Positions 1 to 13,706 of a stretch of DNA of 64,000 nucleotides are shown one piece after another. Positions within the stretch are counted from its first letter, which is position 1, and the number at the start of each line of letters is the position of its first letter. Source of the stretch: Convolutriloba macropyga (Eukaryota); the NCBI RefSeq assembly GCF_964194025.1, contig NC_134482.1, positions 15,562,001 to 15,626,000 of the forward strand, in the 5' to 3' direction. Below the pieces are notes generated by a model, which was not told the origin of the DNA, made no database searches, and saw only the letters and a list, made by a program, of their open reading frames with translations. The position numbers and the translations under genes are program-made.

Positions 1-2300
1 GATCTATAAGATGTAAAACTGATAGAACCAACCCGTTCATATTGGGCCGTACCATCAGTATCAGTGAAAAAGAAAGATGACAGCTAAAGACTAGTTGTAG
101 ATTAAAGAAGTTTGAACTAACAAATCGAGAAATACAGTTGGCCGCTACCAAGATTAAACGAAGTTTTCGACTCTCTAGATGGAAATTGTTACTTTTCCAA
201 TATCGACTTGATATCGCGATAATCTCAAGTTGCGCTGGATGAAGAATTTTACAATGTGACAACTTTGGTTACTCCAATGGGACTCTACAGGTGGAAGAGA
301 CTGTCAAAATGTCTGGCGTCAACGCTAGGAGTTTTTCAAAAAGTAATGCAGCTTATCATGGCGGGACTCTCCTATGAAGTGGCTTTATTTTACCTGGGCA
401 ACATAATCATCTTCGGTAAATCGTTTGAGGATTGTCTCAATCGTCCAGATCTCGTATTTGGACAACTTGAAGACGCTGGTTTAAAAAAAGGCCCAAAACG
501 TAAGTTTTTCAGGAAAAATCCAATTCCTGGGACACATTGCATCAAACAATGACAAAGAAATGGATCAGGATCAGTCAGTAGAAAAAAAAGACCCCGACCA
601 AGAAAAAAGTTGAGAGCTATATTAGGGCTGGTTGGTTTTTACAGAAGATTTACACAAGGTTTTTGAAAAATAGCTGAACCGCTTTGCATGCTATCAAACG
701 AAAAAGAACGTTTTTTTTAGCAAAGAGTGAATCAGCAGTTCAACAACTAAACTAAGCACTACATAAAGCACCAATTTTGGGTTTTCCGAATGACACGGAA
801 CCTTATATGTTAACCACCGAAGCCTCTTTGTTTGGCATTGGCGCAATTGTTTCTCGAGGACAACTACGGGGTGAGCGATTTATTCCATATGCAAGCACAA
901 CGCTCAGCAAAAACCGACGAAACATGAAACAACACTGAGACAAAAACTGATTTTTTTGCGAAAGTTTGTTTCACTCAACAATTCAGAAATTATCTTCGGA
1001 AACAAACGTTTTTAATGTTACCAACCTTATGGTCCTCACATGGTTACACAGTTTTAAAGAGCAGGACGGATTATTGGCCAGATGGATAGAAAAACTTGGA
1101 GAATTTGATTTTGAAAACAAACACGGAGCTGGAAGGATAATTCCATCCTCAGACTGTCTGTAAAAATTCGCAGAGACTGAAGAAGAAGTCAAAGATTGCA
1201 ATCATTTGATCCAAATAAACATGAATGAAAGACAAAAATATCTGGTCCCTTGGTTTATGAAAATCTGCGGAACAACTAGTTGAACGTCAGAAAAAGGCAG
1301 CCGAACTTATTATACTGAGAAACTGGATTGCGCGGGAAACGCCCTCAAAAAGAAAAAGCTTGGCGGGGCCTCAAGGGTTGATTTCAGAAACTTACGAATA
1401 GAAAAACTTTATATAAGAGAAACAAAGCTTTTGACAATTTTAAGAACTTATGCCAAAAAGTTATTCAAAGATCACTTTTAAACGAAATTCTACCTTCAGT
1501 TCATGAACACTGCGGACATTTGGTATGGCTAGGACATATGATTGAGCTTGAGAACGTTCCTACAGGCCCGGGATGAGAAAAGAAGTTCACGAGTTGTAAA
1601 GCTCTTGCAAAGTATGCATTTAAGAGAAGTCTCCACACCAGAAACACATACACAGACTGACAAATTGGAAACCTGGAAACCAAGTCACCACTTTTGGCAA
1701 ATTGTCTTAGACATTGTGGGACTTTTACCCGGTTCATGTGGAAAAGAACACATTCTGTTTATTGTAGATCAGTTTTAAAAAAATGGTATGAAGCAATTCT
1801 CAAGAGCAACCTAGAAGCTTCAACGAAGCTAAGGCCTTTGTAAAAGTATGGGTCTCACAATTCGGTTGTCAGACAAATCACCAGAGTGACAAGAGCAGCA
1901 AATTTATGTCGAAGCTTTTTAAGAACATGTGTAAAGTGCTGGGAACTAACAAAAACATCAGCGTAAGCTTACCAGCTTCAACAAAACACAATGACAGAGC
2001 ATAATGATGGCACAATCAAAAGAATGTGATTGAATTTGGCAACACCTGGAGCGACTAGTTTCTGCTAGTAATAATGGCGTACAGATCATCAATTCACACT
2101 GTGACCAAGTGTAGCTCATAGACATTCGTTAGCAAATTCATTTTCTTACAATCCTTAGAGATTGTATGGTATGATTCTGGGAACATTCTGCAGACGTCTG
2201 AACTGATCAAATGCGAAACGTCACATATCAAAGAGGAGCAGGTAAACAAATGAGGACTCATCTACTCTAAAAAAAAGCATGAGTAAATACAAATACTGCA
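1..2300 (+). pseudogene. Gypsy pol pseudogene (RT, RNase H, integrase)
   Basis: RT: VKKKDDS*RLVVD, WPLPRLNEVFDSL, FSNIDL, TPMGLYRWKR, FYLGNIIIFG (decayed YLDD). RNase H: LTTEASLFGIGAI, WLHSFKEQDGLLARW. Integrase: FWQIVLDIVGLLP..ILFIVDQF. Many stops and frameshifts. Confidence 0.9.
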
Positions 2301-2599
2301 TGTACAGAGCACCATACACTGTAACTGCGCTGAAAAAAGAGGTTGGCCTGACGATGCAAAACACCTAAAAAAACCCAAATAACTCCAACGATTTTACTTT
2401 AAAAAGAATCAGACTGCCAAAACTAAGGCGGGGACATGAAGTGTTGTTACCGAAGACTTGGTGACTTTGGTTTCAGTGCTCCTTGAGAAAAATTTAACGG
2501 GATGGTTGGTGGTAAAAGCGACTCAAATTTAGTTCAAAAATAACCAAAAACAATCAAGAAAGGCGTAGATGAGAAATGAGTGAGCTAAGCCTACCCCGT

Positions 2600-3900
2600 T
2601 CAATCCAAAAGGCGAACAACAAAAAGGTAACATCATAATAAATGCTGAAATCTTCATAGGAACATTGTTCATAGAAACTACCGAAACAACTCAAGGAATT
2701 TGGTTATATTTTAAAGATGCTCTTAAACAAGAGCAAACTTTTTTTGTATCACAGAGATTCATTTGAGTTAGATTCGGTACAATATATATTCGACTTAAAT
2801 ACAAACTCAAATAAGTTTACGATGGTAACAGTAAAGAACTCGGCGACAGTAAAGATATTAAACACTGGAAACAATAGGTATTTGACCATCAAGTTAGACG
2901 GAAAATTAAAATTTAGTAGTGTAGGTAAAAAAACAAGACCAATCTTTTGACGAATTTTAACTTTTTGAATCAAACCAATGAAACTTATATTACATAGGAG
3001 ACAAACTTGGGATCAGGGAAAGTAATTTTGATCAACAGATTTTTGTGAGACTGATCTCAGGGACGCAAAGCTAGATCAACTCTTTGTGTGAGATGTTTGA
3101 GGTATGTTCAGAAATTTGGATCAGATAGAGCTTTTAAAATGCCACTTGGAAAAATGGCAGAGAGCTATGATTCTAACTTAACCGATAAATGGAAACTCAA
3201 ACAAAGTTTTAATAGATCAACAAAACGCTCTGAGGTTGCATGTGGAAATAGCCGGAGGAGTATTTTATGTCCATAAGTGCGCTAAAGTTGTTGTCCATGT
3301 CATATAAAATTTGTTTTGTACCAAGGAAATACCAGTCATGGTGTTTTCTGTTAACAGTCCAGAAGTGACAAGATACATGGACTCTATTTCTAAAGTGTTC
3401 TATAGAAATTTTACAAAACGGAATTGCAACCCCTTCTGCCCGAGCCCACATGAGAGAACACATATGGCCGACAAGTAGAACTGATTGATCAGCCCAATTG
3501 CAAGCCCAATTACAGAGTTAACGTCAATTGGTCAAGTACAGCATCAATTGAAGAGCTTTTCAATGACGATGAACTTGAACTTAGAAAGACAGCCCAAAAG
3601 AAATGGCCTTCGGGAAAAACAAAAATAGGAAAAGATTTTTTCCCGGGAAAATGAAGCTTATATGAACATGAGACTTTAGAGTACTTCAGCATGGATTTAC
3701 AATACGGGAAGCAGTGCTACGAAGTCTTAATCTTTAATTATTTTGGTAGTGAATTGAATCAAATCTGGCATGCATTTTATCAGCTGTAAAATCAATATTT
3801 GTGTCATGCGAGTTTTCCAGTCAACCGATATGATACGCAGTTGCACGAATCGTGTACAGGCACTGCAAATCATTGTTCCAATGGGGGAATTAGGAGATTT
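2600..3900 (+). pseudogene. Degenerate env-like glycoprotein ORF (chuvirus-glycoprotein/gB-like class III fusion protein remnant) inside the Gypsy element
   Basis: One frame over 3038-3449 reads DFCETDLRDAKLDQLFV*DV*GMFRNLDQIELLKCHLEKWQRAMILT*...VEIAGGVFYVHKCAKVVVHVI*NLFCTKEIPV...RYMDSISKVFYRNFTKRNCNPFCP. It sits between integrase and the PPT. Confidence 0.6.
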
Positions 3901-5176
3901 TAATATTCTCAAACAACTTTCTAGGGGAAAAAATCAGACACGAAAAAAGACCACAATTGAACTTTGTGACGGTGACACAAACATTGTAGTTTTTGAAAGC
4001 AGAAAAGGTAAAATCTGTTCCTGAAATAGCCGAAAAAAAAATTGTTACACAGGATTAATTGTATTTTATAAAACGTAGGCATGGCAGAGCCAAAAATTGC
4101 AGACAAATGCTTCCACTTACCCGAACTGTACGAAACTTATTCAATAGTCAAGCACCAGGTTTGTAGCATTGCTGGTGTGAAGTCCAGTAAAATTATCTAG
4201 AACCACTGATGCAGCCTTAGCCCCCAATGTCTTGGACAGAGCTTCAATCAGTGTGATGGAGCTGAGTGAGTTGCATGGGAAAATTGAAATGCAGTAGAGA
4301 AAATTAAACAACAGCAAAATGCTGGGATATGCTGGGGCTCGGCTCAAAGAGGAGCTTCAGTAAATAAAACTAGAAGGTCAAAGACTACACGAGCAACGTC
4401 TAGAGACATAAAGGTTACTAAAAACCGCTGGGAATCATCGGGAGTCCTGCAGGAGGCGGATTAAAATGTTGAACAGGGAGTTGGAAGAGACAAAAGCCAA
4501 GCAGAAAGGAAAACAAGGGAATGTGATGCTCAGGTAGGTGAGCGGGAGTTTGTAGCTCGGGAGCTGGAGAATGCCTAAGAAGGCATCAGAAAACCTGGAA
4601 GCAGGATGAAAACAAAACAGACGTCAAAAACGATCATCCAGAGGAGGCTGGAAGCAATAAAAATCCAAAGTTTTTTGAGTTACTCACGCTCATAATATTT
4701 TTTTCGAACTCAATCTGAAGTCTCATCAAATCATTTTTTTGTCCTTCTTTGAATCTTTAGTCCAAGGCACTTGCCTTTCTTCATCTCTTGCAAAATCAGT
4801 CACAGGTTAAGTCGTCACTCATATGACTTGGCTGTATAGGAGTAGTAATCTGATTTATTTGCTGGTAGCTGCTTATCAGATGTATGCCACCGTCTGCGAA
4901 TACCACCTTTCAGCGTCTTCATAAAATCCTCCAATTTTCAATAGACTGCAGTAATGCGGAACATTGGAAAGAATTTTTTTTTTGGAATTGAATAGGATGT
5001 AGGCAGAAAATTTTACATCGACCAAGCAGGACTGTGGCATCTACTGTTTATCATTTTTGGTTTAATTTATTATTGTCTGCACAAACTTTTCTTTTCTCCC
5101 TTTGAAATTTTGGAAATTTTGAGTTTTTTCCCATCATAGCCCTCATTATAGTATGTTTTCCATAAGTAGGGGGTAT

Positions 5177-5785
5177 TGTAGTAAACCCAAAGAAGAGAAC
5201 GTATGACATGAAAACAGACACCACCTACAAATTTCACAATAAAAACAGCAACAGAAACAGATTGTAATGAAGAGTAAACCGGATTTTAACAGAAACAAAA
5301 GGAAAAGCATCATAAAGTATGATGCATATCATCACGCATTTTGATTTTGACGGGATACGTCAAGGAGTGTTTGTTCTTGACGTGATTCGTCAAGCAGGTA
5401 AATCTGTTATCTCTTACCGTTTATCTGCGAGAATAAATATGAAAAAAACCCGAACCGATGAGAAAAAATGATAAAAATAAACCAATACAATGACCATAAG
5501 CCAATGACCATAAATACAACCTCTACTCGTAGATATAGCTGTCTTTCTCTTAATCTTAAGCAAAAAAACAACTTCATATTTACCTCTGTATCAACTCTAC
5601 CTGTAATTTTACTGTTTTATATGTATTTTTCTTCTGTAACAGTCCCTGAGTTTTTTCTAGTTCGCAATTGAAATAAAAGCTTTGACATTGAACAGTTTCC
5701 TCAGCTTAAAACCGAGAAGTAAAGTGCTTTAGAGAACCTCCAACCACAACCGCATCAGCAAAAACTGCACGGTTTTAATACTATA
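5177..5785 (+). repeat. Putative 3' LTR of the Gypsy element (~609 bp)
   Basis: Starts TGTAGTA after a PPT, ends TACTATA (imperfect inverted ends), AATAAA near 5672. The 5' LTR is not in the window, so it cannot be compared. Confidence 0.65.
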
Positions 5786-5805
5786 GGTTGATTTAAAACT
5801 TCTCT

Positions 5806-5829
5806 GGGGGGCTATAATGGGAATAACCC
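5806..5829. mobile_element. Orphan right TIR of a GG...CC TIR element (same family as 11722-11848)
   Basis: GGGGGGCTATAATGGGAATAACCC versus GGGGGGCTATAATGGGAAAGACCC at the right end of the 11722 MITE. Confidence 0.6.
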
Positions 5830-6168
5830 TAAACAGCAATTATTAATTTTTAAGGTTAAATCTATTGCATGTCAACAACAGAGAATTTCAAAAAGAATCA
5901 GCCAAAAAATGGGACCAAGCGATTTGAGTTATCAACTTTGGTACCACTTTTCACGGAGGTTTTCATTGAATTGCATGAGAGAATGAGCATAAAGGAGATT
6001 TGAAGTGAAAAAAATGACGTGAGAGATTTTTATTTTTCAATAAATAGTTTTTATTTGCTTATTAATTGTCAAGCAAGCAACCGTGATATTGACTTGATAT
6101 AGAAACAAACATAAGGATGTCCGCAACAATATTGCTAACTCAGCTACGACTGTGCAGATAAAAACTAC

Positions 6169-9100
6169 GGATCATTTCCGATTGTGCCCCAAGTTCAGTG
6201 GGCGCATATTATATGCAACCCCAGACGCACTTCCTTTTTTTACTCAATGATTTACTATGTAACGACACGTGATCTTTATCTAACGGCGAATAACGTAGGT
6301 TACCTCAAACTTTCAGGTTACCCAATCAATTTGGTTTTTTAGTCTAATCGTTGTGATATACTTATTAAATAGATATGCTCTGTTTTTCAACGCCTGACGC
6401 TCCCACCTGGACCTCTGGAACTGAGCATTGCCAGAAACAACCCCTCTTTGAAAAAATGTTTTGTTGATGATTTTCCTGAAAAAATTAATCGTGTTTTCAG
6501 TTAGTCAACCCTATATCAATAAAAATTTACTTCTCTAATTATTGAATATTTGTGCAATCATCCTTCGTTTTGACAATATCTATAGTTTTACTTTCTTCTC
6601 TAGTGAAGGTGTAAATTTTTCATACTATGGCAATCAGTTATTTGCTCGGATGCTTCATTACTTGATTTACAATTTTGCTCCTTACTAAACTCAGTTTTTC
6701 CTCTTCCGCAATGTCAAACGTCCTTGGATGTGATTATTTGCTCAACGGCTTTCATGATCAAAATGAAGGCAGTTATTGTAAAACCCCTCTGAGGAAAACG
6801 AGCGTTTGATGGAATGTTTCTAACTGGCTGCTCCTAAAATGTAGATATTTCAAACGCTCCGCTGTCTACACACACACCCCGGTTTTATAGCCTAATCGTT
6901 GTGATAAACCTATTAAATAGATATGCTCTGATTTTCAACGCCTGACGCTCGCACTTGGACCTCTGGAACTGAGCATTGCCAGAAACAACCCCTCTTTGAA
7001 AAATTGTTTTGTTGATGATTTTCCTGAAAAAATTAATCGTTCTTTCAGTTAGTCAACCCTATATCAATAAGAATTTACTTCTTTAACTATTGAATATTTG
7101 TGCAATCATCCTTCGTTTCGACAATATCTTTGGTTTTAATTTCTTCTCTAGAGAAGGTGTACATTTTTCATACTATGGCAATCAGTTATTTGTTCGGATG
7201 CTTCATTACTTGATTTACAATTTTGCTCCTTACTAAACAGTTTTTCCTCTACCGCAATGTCAAATGTCCTTGGATGTGATTATTTGCTCAACGGTTTTCA
7301 TGATCAAAGTGAAGGCAGTTATTGTAAAATCCCTCTAAGGAAAACGAGCGTTTGATTAAATGTTTCTAACTGGCTGCTCCTAAAATGTAGATATTTCAAA
7401 CGCTCCGCTGTCTACACACACACCCGGGTTTCAATGTCCGCGATGTATTTCAAAAGCAGCACATGATGGTTGCAACGTTCCCACCCCACCCCTGCCCTCT
7501 AGCCCCCTACGAAAAGCCAAGGCCATACAACCCTATTACCGCAATGAGAAGCGCAGGTTGTTGCTGATGATGCCAAGGATGGGACCATAGTTGCAACGCC
7601 CCCCTCATAACGTAGCGGAAGAAAACAATAAAATTTACAAAACGATCTAGCATTAACTGCCACAAAATGCCGATATGATTTTCAGAATGCATAGAAAGAT
7701 ATGTTACTGGAGCGCAAATTTCATAATACTGAACAAAATCAAAGCTGTACAAAGGATCGTTGAATGCTTTAGTGAAAATTTTAAACAGTTTGCAGAAGGG
7801 TTATCTATACGAGTTCAGTGGGCGCATATTATATGCACCCCCAGACGAACGTCCTTTTTTACACAATGATTTACTATGTAACGATACGTGATCTATATCT
7901 AACGGCGAATAATGTAGGTTACCTCAAACTTTCAGGTTACCCAATCATTTTGGTTTTATAGCCTAATCGTTGTGATAAACTTATTAAATAGATATGCTAT
8001 GATTTTCAACGCCTGACGCTCGCACCTGGACTTCTGGAACTGAGCATCGCCAGAGCCAACCCCTCTTTGAAAAATCGTTTTGTTAATGATTTTCCTGAAA
8101 AACTTAATCGACTCGGTTTTTTCAATCAAAGCAGAAATTAATAGTTTAGTTTGATTTTTTTTTAATTTCTTAATTTGTTCTGCTCGTTTTCTTTGCTTAC
8201 GAGAACATGAGCCGATTCAAAAAACAATGGATGCCAAATTGGTCTGATGGGATTATTTTGGGACGTCAGGAACAAGGTATTTGGATTCCAGAACCGTGCA
8301 ATCTATTGTTCACTTCTACAAAGGTGCCACCCTAAAAGAGCTCGTCAAACTCATTTCGGCTTTAAATTGTTATTGTTGCCGGCTTTAATGATAATCGAAG
8401 TACTATCCAAAAGTTCGCTAAAGATTGGCAGTGTCTCTTAGATATAATGTATATAAAGTTCAATCCCTCAAATGTAATTGTGCCAGAAATCAGTCTTTCA
8501 GTTAGTCAACCCTATATCAATAAGAATTTACTTCTCTAATTATTGAATATTTGTGCAATAATCCTTAGTTTCGACAATATCTATGGCTTTACTTTCTTCT
8601 CTAGACAAAGTGTACATTTTTTTCATACTATGGCAAGCAGTTCTTTGCTCGGATGCTTCATTACTTGATTTAAAATTTTGCTCCTTACTAAGCTCAGTTT
8701 TTCCTCTTCCGCAATGTCAAACGTCATTGGATGTGATTATTTGCTCAACGGCTTTCATGATCAAAGTGAAGGCAGTTATTGTAAAACCCCTCTAAGGAAA
8801 ACGAGCGTTTGATGGAATGTTTCTAAGTGGCTGCTCATAAAATGTAGATACTTCAAACGCTCCGCTGTCTTTACACCCGGGTTTCAATGTCCGCGATGTA
8901 ATTCAAAAGCAGCACATGGTGATTGCAACGTTCCCACCCCACCCCTGCCCTCTAGCCCCCTACCAAAAGCCAAGGCCATACAACCCTATTAACACAATGA
9001 GAAGCGCAGGTTGTTGCTGATGATGCCAAGGATGGACCCATAGTTGCAACGACCTACTCATAACCTAGCGGAAGAAAACAATAAATTTTACAAAACGATC

Positions 9101-9262
9101 TAGCATTAACTGCCACGAAATGCCGGTATGATTTTCAAAATCCATAGGAAGATATGTTACTGGAGCACAAATTTCATAATACTGAACAAAATCAAAGCTG
9201 TGCAAAAGATCGTTGAATGCTTTGGTGAAAATCTTAAACAGTTTGTAGAAGGGGTGTCTATA
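6169..9262. repeat. Rearranged tandem repeat (units offset 1620 bp, internal 548-bp duplication), probably a non-autonomous DNA transposon derivative
   Basis: AGTTCAGTGGGCGCATATTATATGCA at 6192 and 7812; the block starting at 6341 recurs at 6889 and ~7960; it starts GGATC...CCCCAAGTTCAGTGG like the MITE ends. Confidence 0.85.
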
Positions 9263-9279
9263 AATATTTTTCATTGAAA

Positions 9280-11721
9280 GTTGCCGCTATCTTCCCCAAC
9301 TGGTTCCAACTTTGGTGAAATCGACCAAAGACGGGTCAGTTACCAAGACACTTGACCGACGCCTACAGTTATAGTGCCAATGCAGCCTTGACGAGCTGCT
9401 TCTGGATGCCAGAGCTCTGCAGTATAAACTTTGTAAGACCCCTAAAAACGACAAATTTGATGAGGTGAAACAATTCAACAACTTTATGGAGACCGGAAAA
9501 ATTTCGAAGGCCATTAAGTGTCTTACTGGTGAACCATCGTCCGGCATATTATCACCAAAGGATAAAATTAACAAAAAAATACATATGAGTTGCTCAAAGA
9601 GAAAGACCCGATTCTTTTCTAAGTAATTCTCAATTACGTAGTCAACAAAAACTCGTTTGAGTCAATGCTCTAGCACCACGCAATCTTTGAAAAAATAGGC
9701 GCATCAGCAGTTAAAAGGCAACCTTGAAAACTCGTGGCAGCTACGGAACGTGTACGGTTTAGACGCAAACCAGTCGAGACGATTTTTGACTTGTTTCAAA
9801 GAAGATTCGGCACACATAGCGAAAACGATAGCCCAAGATGATGTTCGTCTGGCAACTGAAAAAGTGTCTCAAAATTCTCTTGAAGCGTAGAGCGCAAGCA
9901 GACTAATCCCTTTAATCAAAAAGCCGGTGTTCGACCTATTGGCGTAGGAGAAGTTCTTCATCGCAACATCAAGCGTATAGAAAATAACCTACGCTTCTCG
10001 GGCGGCAAAACAAAACTTTGCCGCAAATTCAGGATTAATCAAGCAATTCACCCGTTGCGCTTGCAATATAACCAACATTAAAATGAATTTGTGCTCCTAA
10101 TAGACGTACAGAACGTCTTCAACTGCCTCAACCGTAACTTGGCAGTTGAAAATTAAAAAAAATTGTCCACCTTGAATTTTGTTGTTCAAAACTCATATTC
10201 GGCCCCGTCCGACTTATACGTCGCAGGTTAAACACTGCAGTCCGTAGAGGGTACAACTCAAGGGGGCACCATTGCTATGGTTGTGTATGGAGTAGCCACC
10301 GTTATGCAAGCGACTCAAAAATAGAACAGGGACAATTTCAGCAGAGTAGGACTATTAGAGGACTTACTCTTGTTCTTCAAACAACTCGCTGAACATGATA
10401 GGTAATTTGGCTACACTTTGAATGCCTCAAAGTGTCAAATAATAGTAAAAGAGGCCTCGAAGATCAAAATTCTGTGGTTGTATGAGGGGACGGCCGTTGA
10501 AATTGTTGACGGTTGCCGCATTCTGGGATCTGAAATAGGCAATGGGATAGCCTATGAGACCTTTAATCTAACCACCGCTAAAAACTTTTCCAATTTGTTG
10601 AAAAAATTTGTGCAGGTAGCAAAGAAAACATCTCCACAAAACACTTGCGCGTGCTTGACAAAAAGCATGCAACAAAAAATAATTTTTGTATCTAAGACAA
10701 CGCCAAACTCACAAATGCGGAAGCCAACATCCAAACCCACGTACTACTGTCCTTTTTTGACTCTCCGAAATCTCAAAGTGCACAGCGATTGTTTTCGCTA
10801 CCAACCCGTGAGGAGGGACTTAACATCAAGGAGCAAATAGAATATGAAACGGAGTACGCCGCTTCGCTAATCGCATGCGCTCCTCTGTAAGATGAGGATC
10901 TACCAAATACTCATCGCACCCAAGAACGCATAACGCACGACCAACGAACAGCACGCCTGAATATAATTGGATTGCGTAAGAAGGATCTTATGGAAAGCCT
11001 TCAGACCGAGCAACACGTAATGGCTTCGGTAAAAGGAGCCTCGAACTGGCTCAGAGCTCTACCGCTTAAACGTTACGGGGATCTATTCTGTTTCCTCCCC
11101 CAGCTTAGTGGGCTTAATTTCTTACGCCCTCCAGGCGCACATGCTATTTTATTTTATAGTAACGTGCTTTATAACAACATTTAATTTGTAACTGGGGACG
11201 TAAAACACTGGGGGGAAACAGAATAGATCACGTTACGGTTTCACGATGTACGAATTTTGAGACGTACTTTGCGTTAGACATAATATGGAAGCCAAAAATA
11301 CGCCCTTTAATCATGGTGAAAAGTTCATGCTATTACATGCTCTCCAATGTTTGACGGGTGGGTATACAAAAATGAGACACAATGAGATCCAAGACCCCTT
11401 TGCTGAGATTAAGCAAGAAGTTTGCTATGTTGTCGAGTTTGAGCCGGCTTTCAGTTGCTTCAAGGCGAGTTCTTTATACAAAAAACTACTACCACTGATG
11501 AGAAAGCGAGGCTAGACATTAAAGCGAATGGCCTATTGGGGTCCAGGTTCAGCCTTTGTTTCTTCGGCGTAAAGATCTTCAACTCACTTGCTAAGTCATG
11601 CCCGAAAAACTTCGTAGAAGCGTGCAAATATCGAGTCGTTGAAGTGAGCAACGAATACTTGACGTCGAGAAGAGTTACTTCGTTCCGCTCGTTTCTTCCT
11701 GCATGGGGGCACAGGATTAAC
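9280..11721 (+). mobile_element. Degenerate CRE-like non-LTR retrotransposon (RT plus C-terminal restriction-like endonuclease)
   Basis: LDRRLQL..LDELLLDARALQ; FMETGKISKAIKCL; RPIGVGEVL; EGTTQGGTIAMVVYG; GASNWLRALPLKRYG; HALQCLTGGYTKMRHNE; ARLDIKANGLLGSRF..FFGVKIFN. Many stops and frameshifts. Confidence 0.8.
11079..11230. mobile_element. MITE (152 bp) with 8-bp TSD CGTTACGG, Merlin-like
   Basis: TIRs GGATCTATTCTGTTTCC... / ...GGAAACAGAATAGATC(A); TSD at 11071-11078 and 11231-11238; interrupts the CRE ORF. Confidence 0.9.
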
Positions 11722-11848
11722 GGGTCTTTCCCATTATAGCCCCCCCCAGCTTAGTGGTCAGATAACCTATAGCCCCCCCAAACATGGTAATTATACCATA
11801 ATGGGGGGCTATAATTTCATGGGGGGGGGGCTATAATGGGAAAGACCC
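11722..11848. mobile_element. MITE (127 bp) with 8-bp TSD GGATTAAC, Merlin-like
   Basis: Perfect TIRs GGGTCTTTCCCATTATAGCCCCCCC / GGGGGGGCTATAATGGGAAAGACCC; TSD at 11714-11721 and 11849-11856. Confidence 0.92.
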
Positions 11849-12241
11849 GGATTAACTTATATGACGCAGCTCTAAAAGAGTTATAATGCCTTGTTTCTGT
11901 TTGACGATGCTATGAGCATATATTTTTAGCGGTAAATTTACATACGATGCTGTGATGTTTCATAATGGGGGCTCACTGTTGCGTCCATTGGATGGATCAC
12001 ACTACCGGTTTTGACATCCGTTGAAACTCAGAAACCCTTTCCTTGCTGCTTTTTGAAACATCAGCTGAAAAACGGTTACTGGCGTAAATTTTTCTGCAAT
12101 AAAATTGGTGACGTGATGCATTATAGTTTTATGCAAGCCTTCTTGTTTACCTGTTCCTTTTTTGGGTATCATCTAATTCGAGATTAATCTTCGAATTGAC
12201 GAATTCAGACAATGGTGAAAAGGCAGAAAACAGAATCTGTA

Positions 12242-12261
12242 ATTGGCCCCGTCATATAAAA
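12242..12261 (+). promoter_or_regulatory. Possible core promoter of alpha-tubulin (ATTGG plus TATAAA)
   Basis: TATAAAA at 12255-12261, about 95 nt upstream of the ATG; inverted CCAAT at 12242. Weak evidence in AT-rich DNA. Confidence 0.3.
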
Positions 12262-12338
12262 ATTTTTCCGACAGTTTGGTTGAAGGGTTTTATTACTTTT
12301 CAGTTTACTTTGTTTCTTCGTGTTTTGCGACATCTTGA

Positions 12339-13706
<1,368 letters not shown>

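Larger units (their letters stand above)
1..5785 (+). mobile_element. Degenerate Ty3/Gypsy LTR retrotransposon, 5' part outside the window (pol remnant, env-like ORF remnant, PPT, 3' LTR)
   Basis: Domain order is RT-RNaseH-integrase across frameshifts. A purine tract AAGTAGGGGG (5164-5173) lies just before TGTAGTA at 5177; the LTR-like block ends TACTATA at 5785. Confidence 0.8.

Noticed and set aside
5121-5829. The LTR-like block being a solo LTR inside a MITE (GAGTTTTTTCCCATCATAGCCC resembles the left TIR)
   Set aside because: No 8-bp TSD around the pair (GAAATTTT vs TAAACAGC) and no TSD around the LTR (GGTAT vs GGTTG); a PPT plus 3' LTR of the upstream Gypsy is simpler, though the alternative is not fully excluded.
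8480-8720. Penelope GIY-YIG endonuclease (KCTLCLEKK on the minus strand)
   Set aside because: Other copies read KCTPSLEKK or similar, and no RT or GIY-YIG motifs are nearby.
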